Source of the DNA: Tubiluchus corallicola
Taxonomy: Eukaryota; Animalia; Priapulida
Assembly (NCBI GenBank): GCA_030141605.1
Contig: JAQGDQ010001795.1
Location: 1 to 25,245 of the forward strand
Reading direction: 5' to 3'
DNA: 25,245 nucleotides
Within the stretch, counting starts at the first letter, position 1. Each line of letters begins with the position of its first letter. The notes beneath the pieces are model-generated. The model worked only from the letters and a program-made list of their open reading frames with translations. It was not told the DNA's origin and made no database searches. The position numbers and the translations under genes were made by a program. Below are positions 1 to 11,613 of the stretch, in pieces.

Positions 1-1432
1 TATTCTAGTATAGGCTGTAGCCTAGGGCCCTTCAAGCTTTGGTAGCAGGGCTGGATTATCCTATATTCTAGTATAGGCTATAGCCTAGGGCCCTTCAAGC
101 TTCAGTAGCAGGGCTGGCTTATCTATAGGCTATTATAGGCTGTAGTCAAGGGCCCATCAAGCTTTGGTAGCAGGGCTGGATTATCCTATAGGCTAGTATA
201 GGCTGTAGCCAAGGGCCCATCAAGCTTTGGTAGCAGGGCTGGATTATCCTATAGGCTATTATAGGCTGTAGTCAAGGGCCCATCAAGCTTTGGTAGGAGG
301 GCTGGATTATCCTATAGGTTAGTATAGGCTGTAGCCAAGGGCCCATCAAGCTTTGGTAGGAGGGCTGGATTATCCTATAGGCTATTATAGGCTGTAGTCA
401 AGGGCCCATCAAGCTTTGGTAGCTCAGCTGGATTATCCTATAGGTTAGTATAGGCTGTAGCCAAGGGCCCATCAAGCTTTGGTAGCAGGGCTGGATTATC
501 CTATAGGCTATTATAGGTTATAGCCTAGGGCCCTTCAAGCTTTGGTAGGAGGGCTGGATTATCCTATAGGTTAGTATAGGCTGTAGCCCAGGGCCCATCA
601 AGCTTTGGTAGCAGAGCTGGATTATCCCTATAGGCTAGTATAGGTTATAGCCTAGGGCCCATCAAGCTTTGGTAGCAGGCCTGGATTATCCTATAGGCTA
701 GTATAGGCTATAGCCTAGGGCCCATCAAGCTTTGGTAACAGGCCTCGATTATCCTATAGGCTAGTATAGGTTATAGCCTAGGGCCCTTCAAGCTTCAGTA
801 GCAGGGTTGGATTATCCTATAGGTTAGTATAGGCTATAGCCTAGGGCCCATCAAGCTTTGGTAACAGGCCTCGATTATCCTATAGGCTAGTATAGGCTGT
901 AGCCCAGGGCCCATCAAGCTTTGATAGCAGGCCTCGATTATCCTATAGGCTAGTATAGGCTGTAGCCAAGGGCCCATCAAGCTTTGGTAGGAGGGCTGGA
1001 TTATCCTATACCCTAGTATAGGCTGTAGCCAAGGGCCCATCAAGCTTTGGTAGCTGAGCTGGATTATCCTATAGGTTATTATAGGTTATAGCCTAGGGCC
1101 CTTCAAGCTTTGGTAACAGGCCTCGATTATCCTATAGGCTAGTATAGGCTGTAGCCTAGGGCCCATCAAGCTTTGGTAACAGGCCTCGATTATCCTATAG
1201 GCTAGTATAGGTTATAGCCTAGGGCCCTTCAAGCTTTGGTAGCAGGGCTGGATTATCCTATATTCTAGTATAGGCTATAGCCTAGGGCCCTTCAAGCTTT
1301 GGTAGCAGGGCTGGATTATCCTATATTCTAGTATAGGCTATAGCCTAGGGCCCATCAAGCTTTGGTAGCAGGGCTGGATTATCCTATAGGCTAGTATAGG
1401 TTATAGCCTCGGGCCCTTCAAGTTTTGGTAAC
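1..1432. repeat. 63-bp tandem satellite, about 23 copies, runs off the window start
   Basis: Unit approx. GGGCCCATCAAGCTTTGGTAGCAGGGCTGGATTATCCTATAGGCTAGTATAGGCTGTAGCCAA; GGGCCC at 25 and 88 gives period 63; the 21-aa periodicity of ORF 834..1043 reflects this. Confidence 0.97.
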
Positions 1433-1869
1433 ATTTGGTAAAAAATCTGTTTTTTCGCTACGGTTGTGTTGAAATATGTGCTAATTTGGTTTGCAATGAA
1501 ATAGTAAAATGTTGATATTTCTCAAAGAATATTTTACTCAAACAGAAAACACAGCTAATCTAATGTATATCAAGACTTTGCAAGAAGTTTACTTCAAGCT
1601 ATGTATAAATGAGGCTGAAATACATCACGAGTAAACTAGAATTAGACGATGGCTTCGTTTGAGGGGGTCCAAAAGGTCATAATTTGGCCATGGACCTAGC
1701 TTATACTGTCTTTACTTTCTCACGGACATTTGTACTGCATTGTGTGTAGTTACAGTTTCATACATACATTTGTTTCTATTGCTGTTTTGTACTTAATAAT
1801 TGTACTTTGTTGTTTAACACATATTTAGAAATTTTCAGTTTTAAGTTGTTCTACTTCTCATTATAAGCT

Positions 1870-2140
1870 TAAAGGAAAGAACAAGTCACTACGTATGTTC
1901 GGTTTAGTTTATTGTTATCACTTAAACTGTTTGTGGTGTGCTAAAGGAAGGAACAAGTCACTCAGTACGTTGGGTTTATTTTACTGTTATCACTTAAACT
2001 GTTTGTGGTGTGCTAAATGAAAAGAACAAGTCACTCAGTATGTTGGGTTTATTTTTCTGTTATCACTTAAACTGTTTGTGGTGTGCTAAAGGAAAGTACA
2101 AGTCACTCAGTATGTTGGGTTTATTTTTCTGTTATCACTT
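1870..2140. repeat. 72-73 bp tandem repeat, about 3.7 copies
   Basis: ACAAGTCACT recurs at 1881, 1953, 2026 and 2098; GTTATCACTT recurs in each unit and AAACTGTTTGTGGTGTGC in the three complete ones. Confidence 0.93.
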
Positions 2141-2400
2141 TTTCGTGAAAATTTCTAAACTTTCCATAAAGATTTGACTTTTCTTTTAAAGAACCTTGAT
2201 CAACTTACATAACAGTTATAGTATGTCAACATTAGTAGAGCGTTGGCTATAATAACTAAGACGCTAGTGAATCAAAAATGATTGAATTTCTGACCTCAGC
2301 ATGCTGGTTTAAGAAATCGATAAGTCGGTGAATGTTTCTATTATTTTTATTTTGCTTCGCTGATATATCAGGTGGCGTTTTGATTTATTAGCAAGACAGT

Positions 2401-2409
2401 TGATGATGC

Positions 2410-2452
<43 letters not shown>

Positions 2453-2465
2453 AATGATGATGATG
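2401..2465. repeat. (GAT)n microsatellite, the 3' tail of the RTE element
   Basis: About 21 near-perfect GAT units directly abutting the RTE 3' terminus. Confidence 0.95.
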
Positions 2466-3038
2466 TTCGTCCTTCGAATCGAAGATGACCATAGTGACAG
2501 GGGTAAAGGGTCAGTTTGGAGGGTTGTCATTCCTTGGATGAGCTCGAAGGTGACTGACTAGGCCAATTCTGGTCTAGAAATTTCTATAACATTTGGCACA
2601 GGTGAGGCTGGGTGTTTGGACCTGTTGTTGGGCAGTGTCACATGCCTTGCGTCTCCTGCGTTTCTCCTCTGCCTCCTCAATTCTTTTCGCCTCTGCTGTC
2701 TTAGCCCCTGTGGTGATGGCACTCCGCCATGCTGAGAGATCTTGTGCAAGGGTTTCCATTGAGCGGATATCCATGCTGAGCTCCTTGAGTGAGGCCTTCA
2801 GGCTGTCTTTTAACGTTTCTTTGGTCATCCAACCTTTCTCTTTCCAGACACAAGTTCTCCATAGAGCATCTCCTTAGGTATGCGGTTGTCTGGCACGCGA
2901 ATCACATGTCCTGCCCACCAAACTTGTGTTTTGAGGAGGAGTGTATGGATGCTGGGATACTCAAAAATGGGATACTGAACCAGCAGAGATATTTTAGCCA
3001 CGTTCGAGTGCTCATACATACGGGTGGCCGAGTGGTTA
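2403..3038 (-). mobile_element. 5'-truncated, inactivated RTE-clade LINE with (ATC)n tail and about 14-bp TSD
   Basis: Minus-strand translation PSIHTLLLKTQVWWAGHVIRVPDNRIPKEMLYGELVSGKRKVG*, a frameshift, then KDSLKASLK...RRRRKA...CAKCYRNF*TRIGLVSHLRAH: the RTE post-RT region and C2H2-like terminus. 3' end ATGGTCATCTTCGATTCGAAGGACGAAC followed by (ATC)n. Flanking direct repeat TAGCAAGACAGTTG (2389-2402) / TAGCAAGGCAGTTG (3039-3052). RTE homology is recognisable only for about 2403-2960. Confidence 0.9.
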
Positions 3039-3343
3039 TAGCAAGGCAGTTGCCACAAAAATAAAGGGCACAATTACTCTAGCACGTTCTCTATGTACAG
3101 ACATTTCTTTTTGTACATTGCAATTATTTAAAATTTTCTATAACTAATTTTTTTATAGTTAAGTGTATGTCTGATTTCTGGTAAGCAAGTATATGATAAA
3201 ACATTATAGAAAGTGTATTGTAATAGCGTTACATGTCGTTATCATATACTGCTCTGTTCGTACTAGTATTGTTCTGTGTTAATGAGTCAAAATAAAATTA
3301 TACGATTACATAGTTGAAATGTTGTTTTTTGTTTATCTTTTAC

Positions 3344-5345
3344 CAAGGGCGTATCCAGGTTTTAAAGTTAGGGGGAGTAAGCACATAAAACAGACGCCGT
3401 GACACATCAAACAAATTTAAACGCATGTGTTATGCATTTTAATCTTGTATTTAAAACCAAAACACGAGGAAGAAACACTTTCAAAGGAGGTACATAATTG
3501 TTTTTTGTATTTAAAATTAAAACACGAGGAAGATACAGTTTCAGCGGAAGTACATAATTGTTATTTTGTATTTAAAATTAAAACACGAAGGAGATACAGT
3601 TTCAAAGGAAGTACATAATTGTTATTTTATGTTTAAAATTAAAACACGAAGGAGATACAGTTTCAACGGAAGTACATAATTGTTATTTTATGTTTAAAAT
3701 TAAAACACGAAGAGATACAGTTTCAAAGGAAGTACATAATTGTTATTTTATGTTTAAAATTAAAACACGAAGGAGATACAGTTTCAACGGAAGTACATAA
3801 TTGTTATTTTATGTTTAAAATTAAAACACGAAGGAGATACAGTTTCAACGGAAGTACATAATTGTTATTTTATGTTTAAAATTAAAACACGAAGGAGATA
3901 CAGTTTCAACGGAAGTACATAATTGTTATTTTATGTTTAAAATTAAAACACGATGAAGATACAGTTTCAACGGAAGTACATAATTGTTATTTTATGTTTA
4001 AAATTAAAACACGAAGAGATACAGTTTCAACGGAAGTACATAATTGTTATTTTATGTTTAAAATTAAAACACGAAGGAGATACAGTCTCAACGGAAGTAC
4101 ATAATTGTTATTTTATGTTTAAAATTAAAACACGAAGAGATACAGTTTCAACGGAAGTACATAATTGTTATTTTATGTTTAAAATTAAAACACGAAGGAG
4201 ATACAGTCTCAACGGAAGTACATAATTGTTATTTTATGTTTAAAATTAAAACACGAAGAGATACAGTTTCAACGGAAGTACATAATTGTTATTTTATGTT
4301 TAAAATTAAAACACGAAGGAGATATAGTTTCAAAGGAGGTACATAATTGTTATTTTATGTTTAAAATTAAAACACGAAAGAGATACAGTTTCAAAGGAAG
4401 TACATAATTGTTATTTTATGTTTAAAGTTAAAACACGATGAAGATACAGTTTCAACGGAAGTACATAATTGTTATTTTATGTTTAAAATTAAAACACGAA
4501 GGAGATACAGTTTCAACGGAAGTACATAATTGTTATTTTATGTTTAAAATTAAAACACGAAGGAGATACAGTTTCAAAGGAAGGACATAATTGTTATTTT
4601 ATGTTTAAAATTAAAACACGATGAAGATACAGTTTCAACGGAAGTACATAATTGTTATTTTATGTTTAAAATTAAAACACGATGAAGATACAGTTTCAAC
4701 GGAAGTACATAATTGTTATTTTATGTTTAAAATTAAAACGCGAAGGAGATACAGTTTCAAAGGAACGACATAATTGTTATTTTATGTTTAAAATTAAAAC
4801 ACGATGAAGATACAGTTTCAACGGAAGTGCATAATTGTTATTTTGTATTTAAAATTAAAACACGAAGGAGATATAGTTTCAAAGGAGGTACATAATTGTT
4901 ATTTCGTATTTAAAATTAAAGCACAATTAAAAGTTTTGCAGTGAGCTAATAAATTTCAAAACAATAAAAACACGTGTGTTATTTCATTATTCTAATTTTA
5001 AACCTAAAATGAAAACAAAATGAAGCATTTTGAAAAACGTATCATGAAGGAACTATAACAGTCTCTTTCGTCTAAGCTTCACTTTAACAAAGTCACCTAT
5101 AACTTTATTATAATCAACGTCAGTTGCCAACTGTGTTTCAGTGGAGAGCAAAGCTAACCCATGCAATCTGTATTCGTCCATTGTAGAAAGGTGGTCGGAT
5201 TTTATCTGTTTAAGCGACTAAACGATCGTTCAGCAACCGCACAGCTAAAGAATTAAAAAATTATTGAACATATATGCCAATTTGGAAAACCGTGCAAGGG
5301 GGTGCAGTTGTTGCACCCCTTGTTCCCCCCAAAGCTACGCCACTG
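3344..5345. mobile_element. Putative non-autonomous TIR DNA transposon enclosing the 60/61-bp satellite
   Basis: Left end CAAGGGCGTATC versus reverse complement of right end CAGTGGCGTAGC (9/12). Flanks CTTTTAC (3337-3343) / CTTTTAA (5346-5352). GC-rich subterminal hairpin AAGGGGGTGCA..TGCACCCCTT near 5296-5322, typical of MITE ends. Confidence 0.5.
3445..4924. repeat. 60/61-bp AT-rich tandem satellite, about 24 copies
   Basis: Unit GTTTAAAATTAAAACACGAAGGAGATACAGTTTCAACGGAAGTACATAATTGTTATTTTAT, with a 60-bp variant lacking one G; edge units are more diverged. Confidence 0.97.
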
Positions 5346-5918
5346 CTTTTAACAAATGATTGAAATCACGTGAGAGCAGAAGTCGGACAACGTTTTTACA
5401 ATTTCTCCCAGTAGCGCTGCTAGGCAGACAGCCCCATCTCTTGGTGCTACTGGGCAACTTTCACACCTTACTGGAGCCAGTCTGGTGCCGAAAGACGATT
5501 TGCATTGGTTTGAAAACGCATAAAAATGTCATTAACTGCCCTTTCTGACGGCAAGCGATGTGCCAACGCCGTGCATTTACCTGCAGGTGATGTAGTAAAT
5601 GAGTGAGGACGTCGCATTGGCCACCAGCAAAGTGGTATAAAGACCTGGCATGTTTTGAAATCACGGTTCGTAAATCGACTGTATACCCGCATGGATAAAA
5701 CACAACAGCAATCAGTTACGGACGAGACAGCGTGAAAAATACAGACGCCAACGAAAACTGAACTGTCGGTTAAAATACTATTGCAAGATCGTGAATGATG
5801 GAGAGCTAGTGTGGGAGTCAGTGATGGGCAGCCAGTGTATCAGTCAGTGAGTAAGCCAGCGAGTACGTCAGTGACGGAGAGCTAGTGTGGGAGTCAGTGA
5901 GTAAGCCAGGAAGTAGCC

Positions 5919-5981
5919 AGAGAGAGAGAGAGAGAGAGAGAGGGGGGAGGGAGGGAGAGAGAGAGAGGGGGAGAGTGAGGT

Positions 5982-6020
<39 letters not shown>

Positions 6021-6025
6021 GAATG

Positions 6026-6057
<32 letters not shown>

Positions 6058-6119
6058 CAGGGAGCGAGGGAGATGGAGAGAGAGAGAGAGAGAGGAGAGA
6101 ACGATTGAGAGAGAGAATG

Positions 6120-6211
<92 letters not shown>

Positions 6212-6298
6212 AGAGTGAGGGAGAGAGAGAGAGAGACAGGGAGCGAGGGAGATGGAGAGAGAGAGAGAGAGAGAGGGGAAGGAACGATTGAGAGAGAG

Positions 6299-6366
<68 letters not shown>

Positions 6367-6384
6367 TGATAGAGAGAGAGAAGG

Positions 6385-6418
<34 letters not shown>

Positions 6419-6452
6419 TGATTGAGAAAGAGAATGAAGAGAGAGAGAGAGA
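5919..6452. repeat. Compound (GA)n polypurine tract with an internal duplication of about 180 bp
   Basis: Almost pure A/G on the + strand; interrupting motifs GAGACAGGGAGCGAGGG and GAACGATTGAGAGAGAGAATGG each occur twice, about 180 bp apart. Confidence 0.95.
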
Positions 6453-7218
6453 GGTGGTGATGGTGTTGAAATTGCATGGTGGTGGTGGTGGTGGCCTAGC
6501 AGCGCAGCAGTGGTGTTAGTTGCTGCAGCTGATGGTGACAATGATGATTGTGACTACACTATACAAAACTATTTTGTGTGTATCTCAATAAATAGTACAA
6601 CGAACGTTTTCCAATTTACTCCAATTGTGACTTCTGTTTCACCTCAATAATCTACGTCACAGATCACGTCGATACGGTTGCCAGTGTGTCGGAATTTCAC
6701 GTGGAAAAATGTTGCTGCTCACTGCGCAAAATCGTGGGAGAAAAAATCCGCCCAATGGGGGATCACCAACAGCGAGAACGGACAAGTCCGACATGATCTT
6801 TTCAAATGACACCCCAATCTTCTCTCGACTGAACGAGTTTTGATAATAATTGTTGCTAGCAATTTTACTACGTGTTCTGGAACAAACAATTTCACTGCAT
6901 TTAAAGTCAGTAGAGATTCGTAAGATTATTTACCCAAACTCAGCGGGACCCCGAATGTCTCTATTACCCCGGATTAAAAGAGTATTAGAGCTGCTTTGTT
7001 TGTTTAATCCGCGCATTATGTCTTTCACGAGAATTTGCTGAGGTTGAAGGCGGATTAATTTCATACCACAGCGCATGCGTCACGCTCTCCAACACTGTTC
7101 TACACAATCAAAGACGTTCAAACAGTTTTCAGTATGAACCGATTCTAAATTAAAAGCTATGCAATGTTTACTGATTTTTTGGGTGTTACGATTGGGGTTG
7201 GGTAATTACAATTACAAT

Positions 7219-7479
7219 CAGGGCCTATTTCAGCCTAAGCGAGGCCCGGGGAAGTGGGGCGTGGGAGGGCCCATAGGGGGGGAGGTTGTGCGAAGCGCCG
7301 GGGGGGTACCATGGTTGGCGCCCAGAAAATTTTTGAACTGCTAGAACGCCGGAGAAGCATTTTCGAAGAGAAAATATGGAGTTATACAGTTGTTAAAGGA
7401 AAGAACAATTGAAAGAAAAACTGCTCTATTCTCAGACCAGTCCTTAGTACTTGTCAATACTGGCAAACGGCGCGCGTGC

Positions 7480-7523
<44 letters not shown>

Positions 7524-7635
7524 GGGGCAGTATGTTCGCATAAAGCAAAAGAAAATAGTACCTTGGCGCGAGGCCCCCTGGAGGGTGAGGCCCCGGGGAA
7601 GTATCCCCACTTCCCCCCCCTTGAAATAGGCCCTG
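7219..7635 (+). mobile_element. hAT-like MITE, copy 1, with internal (GA)n
   Basis: 14-bp TIR CAGGGCCTATTTCA / TGAAATAGGCCCTG; perfect 8-bp TSD ATTACAAT (7211-7218, 7636-7643); second copy at 22298-22685. Strand is arbitrary. Confidence 0.95.
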
Positions 7636-7894
7636 ATTACAATTCACATAATACATACACACAGATTATATAATTACATACATAAATAACACTATAAAAT
7701 CATATACTAGGTTATTAAGAACACAATTATGCAAGTCAAATTCAATAATTTAAAGTAAAGACAGAACATCAAACTTTGATGCATAAGCCCAATGATACAA
7801 CATAAAAATATATATAAACACAAATTTAAGATGCGTGCATACACATATACATTTAGTACATAATTTACTCAAGCGAAGTTAATTATATATATAT

Positions 7895-8277
7895 ATTCGA
7901 TACGACTCGACGGAGCTTTTAGTTCGAAATCGATTCGGATCTAACTAAAATTATAGATTCGAATAATTCAACACTTCAACGAAGCCCTCATACGTTCTTT
8001 CATATTTTAAAAAACGTTTGAAACGCCATACAATAAGCACAATTTAACTGTGATTTCTATGTACAATTTTTAAAAAAAGTATTAATGTTTTTACAGCAGA
8101 ACAATGTTAAGTAATATTCGAGAGACTGCTTCTTATTAGTGATTCGAAATTTTTTTTAGAACCTTTTTAACCTGAATTCGGTTCAAAAAATGCTGAAATT
8201 TGGTTTAATTCGATTTTGAAAGCCACAAAATCTATTCGATTCGAATCCGTCTTCTGCTAGAGAATGCCCATACTTAG
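7895..8277. mobile_element. Possible degenerate MITE remnant rich in ATTCGA motifs
   Basis: Clustered ATTCGA/TTCGAA motifs ending in TGCCCATACTTA, whose reverse complement resembles a TAGGGATGGGC-type TIR; no partner TIR or TSD found. Confidence 0.3.
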
Positions 8278-8504
8278 TTGTTATTATTTTTATAATAGAT
8301 TTCGATTTCCAACCGATAAGATTTATTTTAGATATCAAAGTCTAGTAGATTGTAGCAAATCAAGGTAGATCGTTAATGTTTTATAATCTCAACTATAAAA
8401 GTATCAAACTGACAGATTAAATTATATTTCAAGTTAACAAAATATTAGTGGGACACGTTCTTCTGCTGACCGTGAAACGGTCATGTGCCAATTGTTTTTT
8501 CAGA

Positions 8505-8791
8505 ATATGTCGTCAAAGCGCCATCTATACTTAAAATTACTAACTAACAGAATCAATATAAAATGCAATCAGCAAAACACCGTTTTCCTGCTGAAAATTT
8601 AAAGTCTTTCCAGACATTTTTTCACCACATTGTTCCTGGTATCTTTCTGACACGCACACGGACCAGCAGCAACAAAAATTTTCTGGCTGCCGTGCGGAAT
8701 AAATGCTGTAAAAACTGCTTTCTATTCGAACTTGCAAAACGCACAGCCAAGCGTTTCCTGAAGTTGAAGATAGATGGCGCCAGCGACATAT
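8505..8791. repeat. Imperfect inverted repeat pair of about 29 bp, each arm containing TAGATGGCGC
   Basis: ATATGTCGTCAAAGCGCCATCTATACTTAA (8505-8534) versus reverse complement of 8764-8791, ATATGTCGCTGGCGCCATCTATCTTCAA. Confidence 0.6.
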
Positions 8792-9590
8792 GTCAAAGTT
8801 GTAATTATAATGTGTAACACGTATTAAAAAAACTATTGTCAGACAAACATAGCATAAAATCAATGTAACATCTACTTTTCCAAGAATACTGACAAATGAC
8901 CTTTGATCATATACGACCTTTCAGACCGAGGTCACTGTGTAGGCCTAGTACACTACTGTTCAGTTACTATTTCAGGTACTTGCAATACAAGTTTCAGCGG
9001 TAACTCTAGTTTACCTTATTGACAAAAAACCTGGCAAGTGACCTGGCCCCGCCCACTCTTTTGAAAAAATACTTAATGCACATCTTCCCTACTCAGCTAT
9101 CCTTGCAAAAGGAAACAGGATAAGAAAATTTATAACTTATTGAAAGAAAATTATTGAAATCTCCCAACTAAAGCAAAGAGAAAGTACGATGTTTTAACCT
9201 TCAACAGGTAAAAAAAGGAAAAAAGGGAAAGAAACTACTAAAGTTACTACTTTTATTTCTTTTTTGATATTATTAACACATGAACATACAACAAGGAAAA
9301 ACACTGAAGTGGAAAACAGAATCACTGGCCAGAATCACAGTAAAAGAGATTTCGTTTTTGTGGTATTTTTATGTGTAAATAATGTAAAAGAAGCTTTGAA
9401 ATTTCCTATTAGTAACTTTATATGGTTTTACTCCACCTGATGAAGAACTGCAATAGTTGCTTAAACATGGATGCCTTTTCATCGTTTGACAAGATGTAAT
9501 TTTATAAATTATTAGGCAAACAGATCGTATCACGACAGTGAATCTATATAAGGGTTGTTATGTAATAATAACCTCGCAGAATAAAAATTA

Positions 9591-9663
9591 TGTTCCGACC
9601 AGGTTTCGAACCTGGGACCTTCTGCGTGTTAGGCAGATGTGATAACCACTACACTATCGGAAC
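9591..9663 (-). tRNA. trnV-AAC: tRNA-Val, anticodon AAC
   Basis: Reverse complement GTTCCGATAGTGTAGTGGTTATCACATCTGCCTAACACGCAGAAGGTCCCAGGTTCGAAACCTGGTCGGAACA (73 nt). Acceptor GTTCCGA/TCGGAAC, anticodon stem TCTGC/GCAGA with loop CTAACAC, T-arm CCAGG-TTCGAAA-CCTGG, intact A and B boxes, T5 Pol III terminator 3 nt downstream. Confidence 0.97.
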
Positions 9664-10244
9664 TTCTTGAGGAACAAACCACATAAGTGCTAATATACAG
9701 CTATATCAGAGAAATCTTTCCCATTGCATTTCTAATGTATGTGCACGGTTTTTATTTGGCCGGTTGACATTTTTCCTTAGGTGTTCAGCGACAATAATAT
9801 TTCTTTTATTGCGGCTTAAATATTTTCACACAATTACACAAAGTTTTAATTTTCCGGCACAAGGTGGCAAAACATAACAATAATGGCGCTTTGCTAATTG
9901 TGTTTGCGATTTCACGTTTCAAACTTATAATAACTCTTTAAAAGCATTAAATCGCAAATTCTGGAAACTAAAAACAGTAGCGGCGGGCGACTGCTCACAC
10001 TTACCGATGTCATGTATACGAGTTTGTAAATGCTAGGTGATAGAAACGAACAAAAAGCACCGAGAATAGATAATGAGAGGTTGGCATGACAGTGTGCTGA
10101 TATTTAGTGTAGGTGTATTATCCGAGCATGCATGCTTGAGATTTTTATACATTTTGTATGTTGAACTCTTTTTCTTGCATCAGTGATGTTATGTACGTGT
10201 TTTTAATTGTGGATCACAAGTAGGGTTGCCACTATGTCTGATAG

Positions 10245-10655
10245 TGTAGGCCTATATTTGTATGGTCTCCCCAGTATGCTACTTTCTAGAGTGCTCTCGA
10301 AAGAACTCAGGATAGATGCACTCATCTTGCTATTGATTTAGATCCCACTTCAATTTCTACTCTCGAGCAAAGGCGTCAGACTGTAGACCTTGTGAACTGC
10401 TTCAAAATAATTTTTTCAAAATACGGTTCTGACCGAGTCAGATTTTTTCCCATGCCTCACAGAGTTTTTCGTGGTCATGAGACCAAGTTATTTGAGCAAC
10501 TGGCTAGAACCATCATCAGATCACACTTCTTTGGGCATCGCATAGTTTAACCATGGACCATCTTTCGTCATCAACCATCAGTGCATCATAATTCGACAGT
10601 TTCGAAAGGCAAGGACCGTTTACAGATAGTTACCATCTAGGTCCTTATTTCTTTG
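10245..10655 (+). mobile_element. 3' remnant of a CR1/L2-group LINE
   Basis: Translation VWSPQYATF*SALERTQDRCT...TLEQRRQTVDLVNCFKII...FRGHETKL...RSHFFGHRIV*PW matches CR1 C-terminal motifs (VWSP, LExRRxxxDL, RGHxxKL, FFxxRVVxxW); 3' stem-loop AAGGACC...GGTCCTT at about 10611-10646. Boundaries approximate. Confidence 0.85.
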
Positions 10656-11094
10656 GATAAGGTATTTGGCCGGGAGTCTCCTGAAATTCAGCCACACTTA
10701 CATTACTTTGTCCATTTTTTTCTCTTGATTTCCACCATTGTACTGAAATTTAAGTGGAAAAACGGAAATACATCTTGTATGCCATTGACATTTTAAGAGC
10801 TAAGCTAAAGACAGCAGAATCTCTCTTAAGTAAAATTGGAAAATTAAAGTTAAATTTAAACAGTTATATGTCTTCATCATTTAACACCATCTACATTTTT
10901 CGCCAACTTTCGATGCAGCGGCGAGTATTCCAGTGCAAACATTATTCCAGTTTAGCTTTAATTGTCACTGGAAATCTCAAAAATGTAAGAAATGCATTAG
11001 GACTGGGAAGCAACCCCAAGTGTAACACTGCTTACATTTTTCTGGATTTTTAAAGCTTTTCTAGAGTCTAAAATCAAGAAATTTGTACTCTTTT

Positions 11095-11613
11095 CAGGGA
11101 TGACAATTTTCCGCAGATACGGGGAATTCCCCGAGTTTTTAGAAGACCAGTAGTGCCATTTTTGTAAATCGTGTAATTTCGTTGAGAAAATTCTTACGGA
11201 CCCAGTACATTATTTCACAAACTGACCGCTAGTTGGCAGGCCGTCACTTTGTTTACATCACGTACATCAGTGTAACCACTTATATATCTCTATGTATAAA
11301 AATACAGAATCACTTGTGCGGAGTTATTTGTTGCAGACAGTTTTTATATACCTTTGCATAGGAGCGGCCAGTACTTAGGCATTTTTGAGACAATTAGGTA
11401 TCATGTATCCTTGATAGTTGGGTATTTTAGATTATAAACAAGGCAACTGATATTTTAAGTCCACTTAGAGGCCTCAATGGTCACAAAATTGCAATTTGTT
11501 GCTGGTTCCAAGGGGGCTTCGCCTTGGACCCCTTGAACCCCCATGGGGGCTACGCAGCCCCCAAACCCCTGGCCTGTTTCAGAGTTTTTTGCAATTTGTC
11601 ATTCTCATCCCTG
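11095..11613. mobile_element. MITE with CAGGGATGA TIRs and 7-bp TSD, nested in the 10221-11732 element
   Basis: CAGGGATGACAAT versus reverse complement of right end CAGGGATGAGAAT (12/13); exact CTCTTTT at 11088-11094 and 11614-11620; GC-rich subterminal hairpins at about 11505-11570. Confidence 0.85.

Noticed and set aside
3445-4924. CRISPR array (also considered for 1-1432, 21013-21494 and 24643-25245)
   Set aside because: Units are contiguous near-identical monomers with no unique spacers; no cas genes; eukaryotic context.
5360-5760. Short ORFs and a CCCAGTAGC/GCTACTGGG hairpin
   Set aside because: No recognisable protein or RNA family; the 9-bp stem is too short to call.
5818-6541. ORFs of 132-219 aa (poly-SL, poly-ER)
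   Set aside because: Translations of the (GA)n tract.
6640-7100. CpG-richer stretch with CACGTG, CCAAT and GCGCATGCG motifs as a promoter
   Set aside because: No associated gene or element boundary in the window; short motifs alone are insufficient.
9437-9470. Hammerhead ribozyme-like CTGATGA-stem-AAAC
   Set aside because: GAAA core reads TAAA and no NUH cleavage triplet or closing stem I follows; at most a decayed Penelope-type remnant.
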